Shown here: positions 63,976-64,000 of the stretch, piece by piece | Layout: each line of letters opens with the position of its first letter | How positions within the stretch are numbered: position 1 is the first letter of the stretch | Assembly: GCF_001194135.2 (NCBI RefSeq) | Contig: NC_069003.1 | Coordinates: 30,464,668 to 30,528,667, forward strand | Source of the DNA: Octopus bimaculoides | Taxonomy: Eukaryota | Reading direction: 5' to 3' | Length of the DNA stretch: 64,000 nt | The notes under the pieces: model-generated | The model's database searches: none | Seen by the model: the letters and a program-made list of their open reading frames with translations, nothing else | What the model was told of the DNA's origin: nothing | Translations under genes and position numbers: made by a program

Positions 63976-64000
63976 CTAATAATAATAATAATAATAATCA

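Overview
Repeat-saturated eukaryotic genomic DNA from a gapped draft assembly, with many N runs and abundant (TA)n, (CA)n, (AAT)n and (CTAT)n microsatellites. The SINE and MITE families look like those I associate with Octopus; this is recognition only and cannot be proven here. Almost all ORFs in the supplied track are artefacts of microsatellites or N runs. Supportable gene content: (i) two phase-compatible + strand coding exons (26440-26507 and 55951-56216) of an unidentified large-intron gene, encoding a low-complexity S/T/A/P-rich N-terminal region; (ii) candidate - strand non-coding exons (12293-~12560 and 15-240) of a transcript running off the left edge, within a CpG-retaining first ~12.7 kb. 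The rest is tRNA-derived SINEs of several families, RTE-derived elements, mariner/Tc1, piggyBac-like and hAT MITEs, and minisatellites. The most unusual signal is a set of minimal type I hammerhead ribozyme motifs from four apparently different families within the putative introns. One family sits inside a tRNA-headed (Pol III A/B box) SINE-like element present in two independent copies. One motif has a fully intact catalytic core (48419-48463, - strand). One occurs as an inverted pair sharing a non-canonical CCGAUGA core. No CRISPR array, rRNA gene or genuine tRNA gene was seen.
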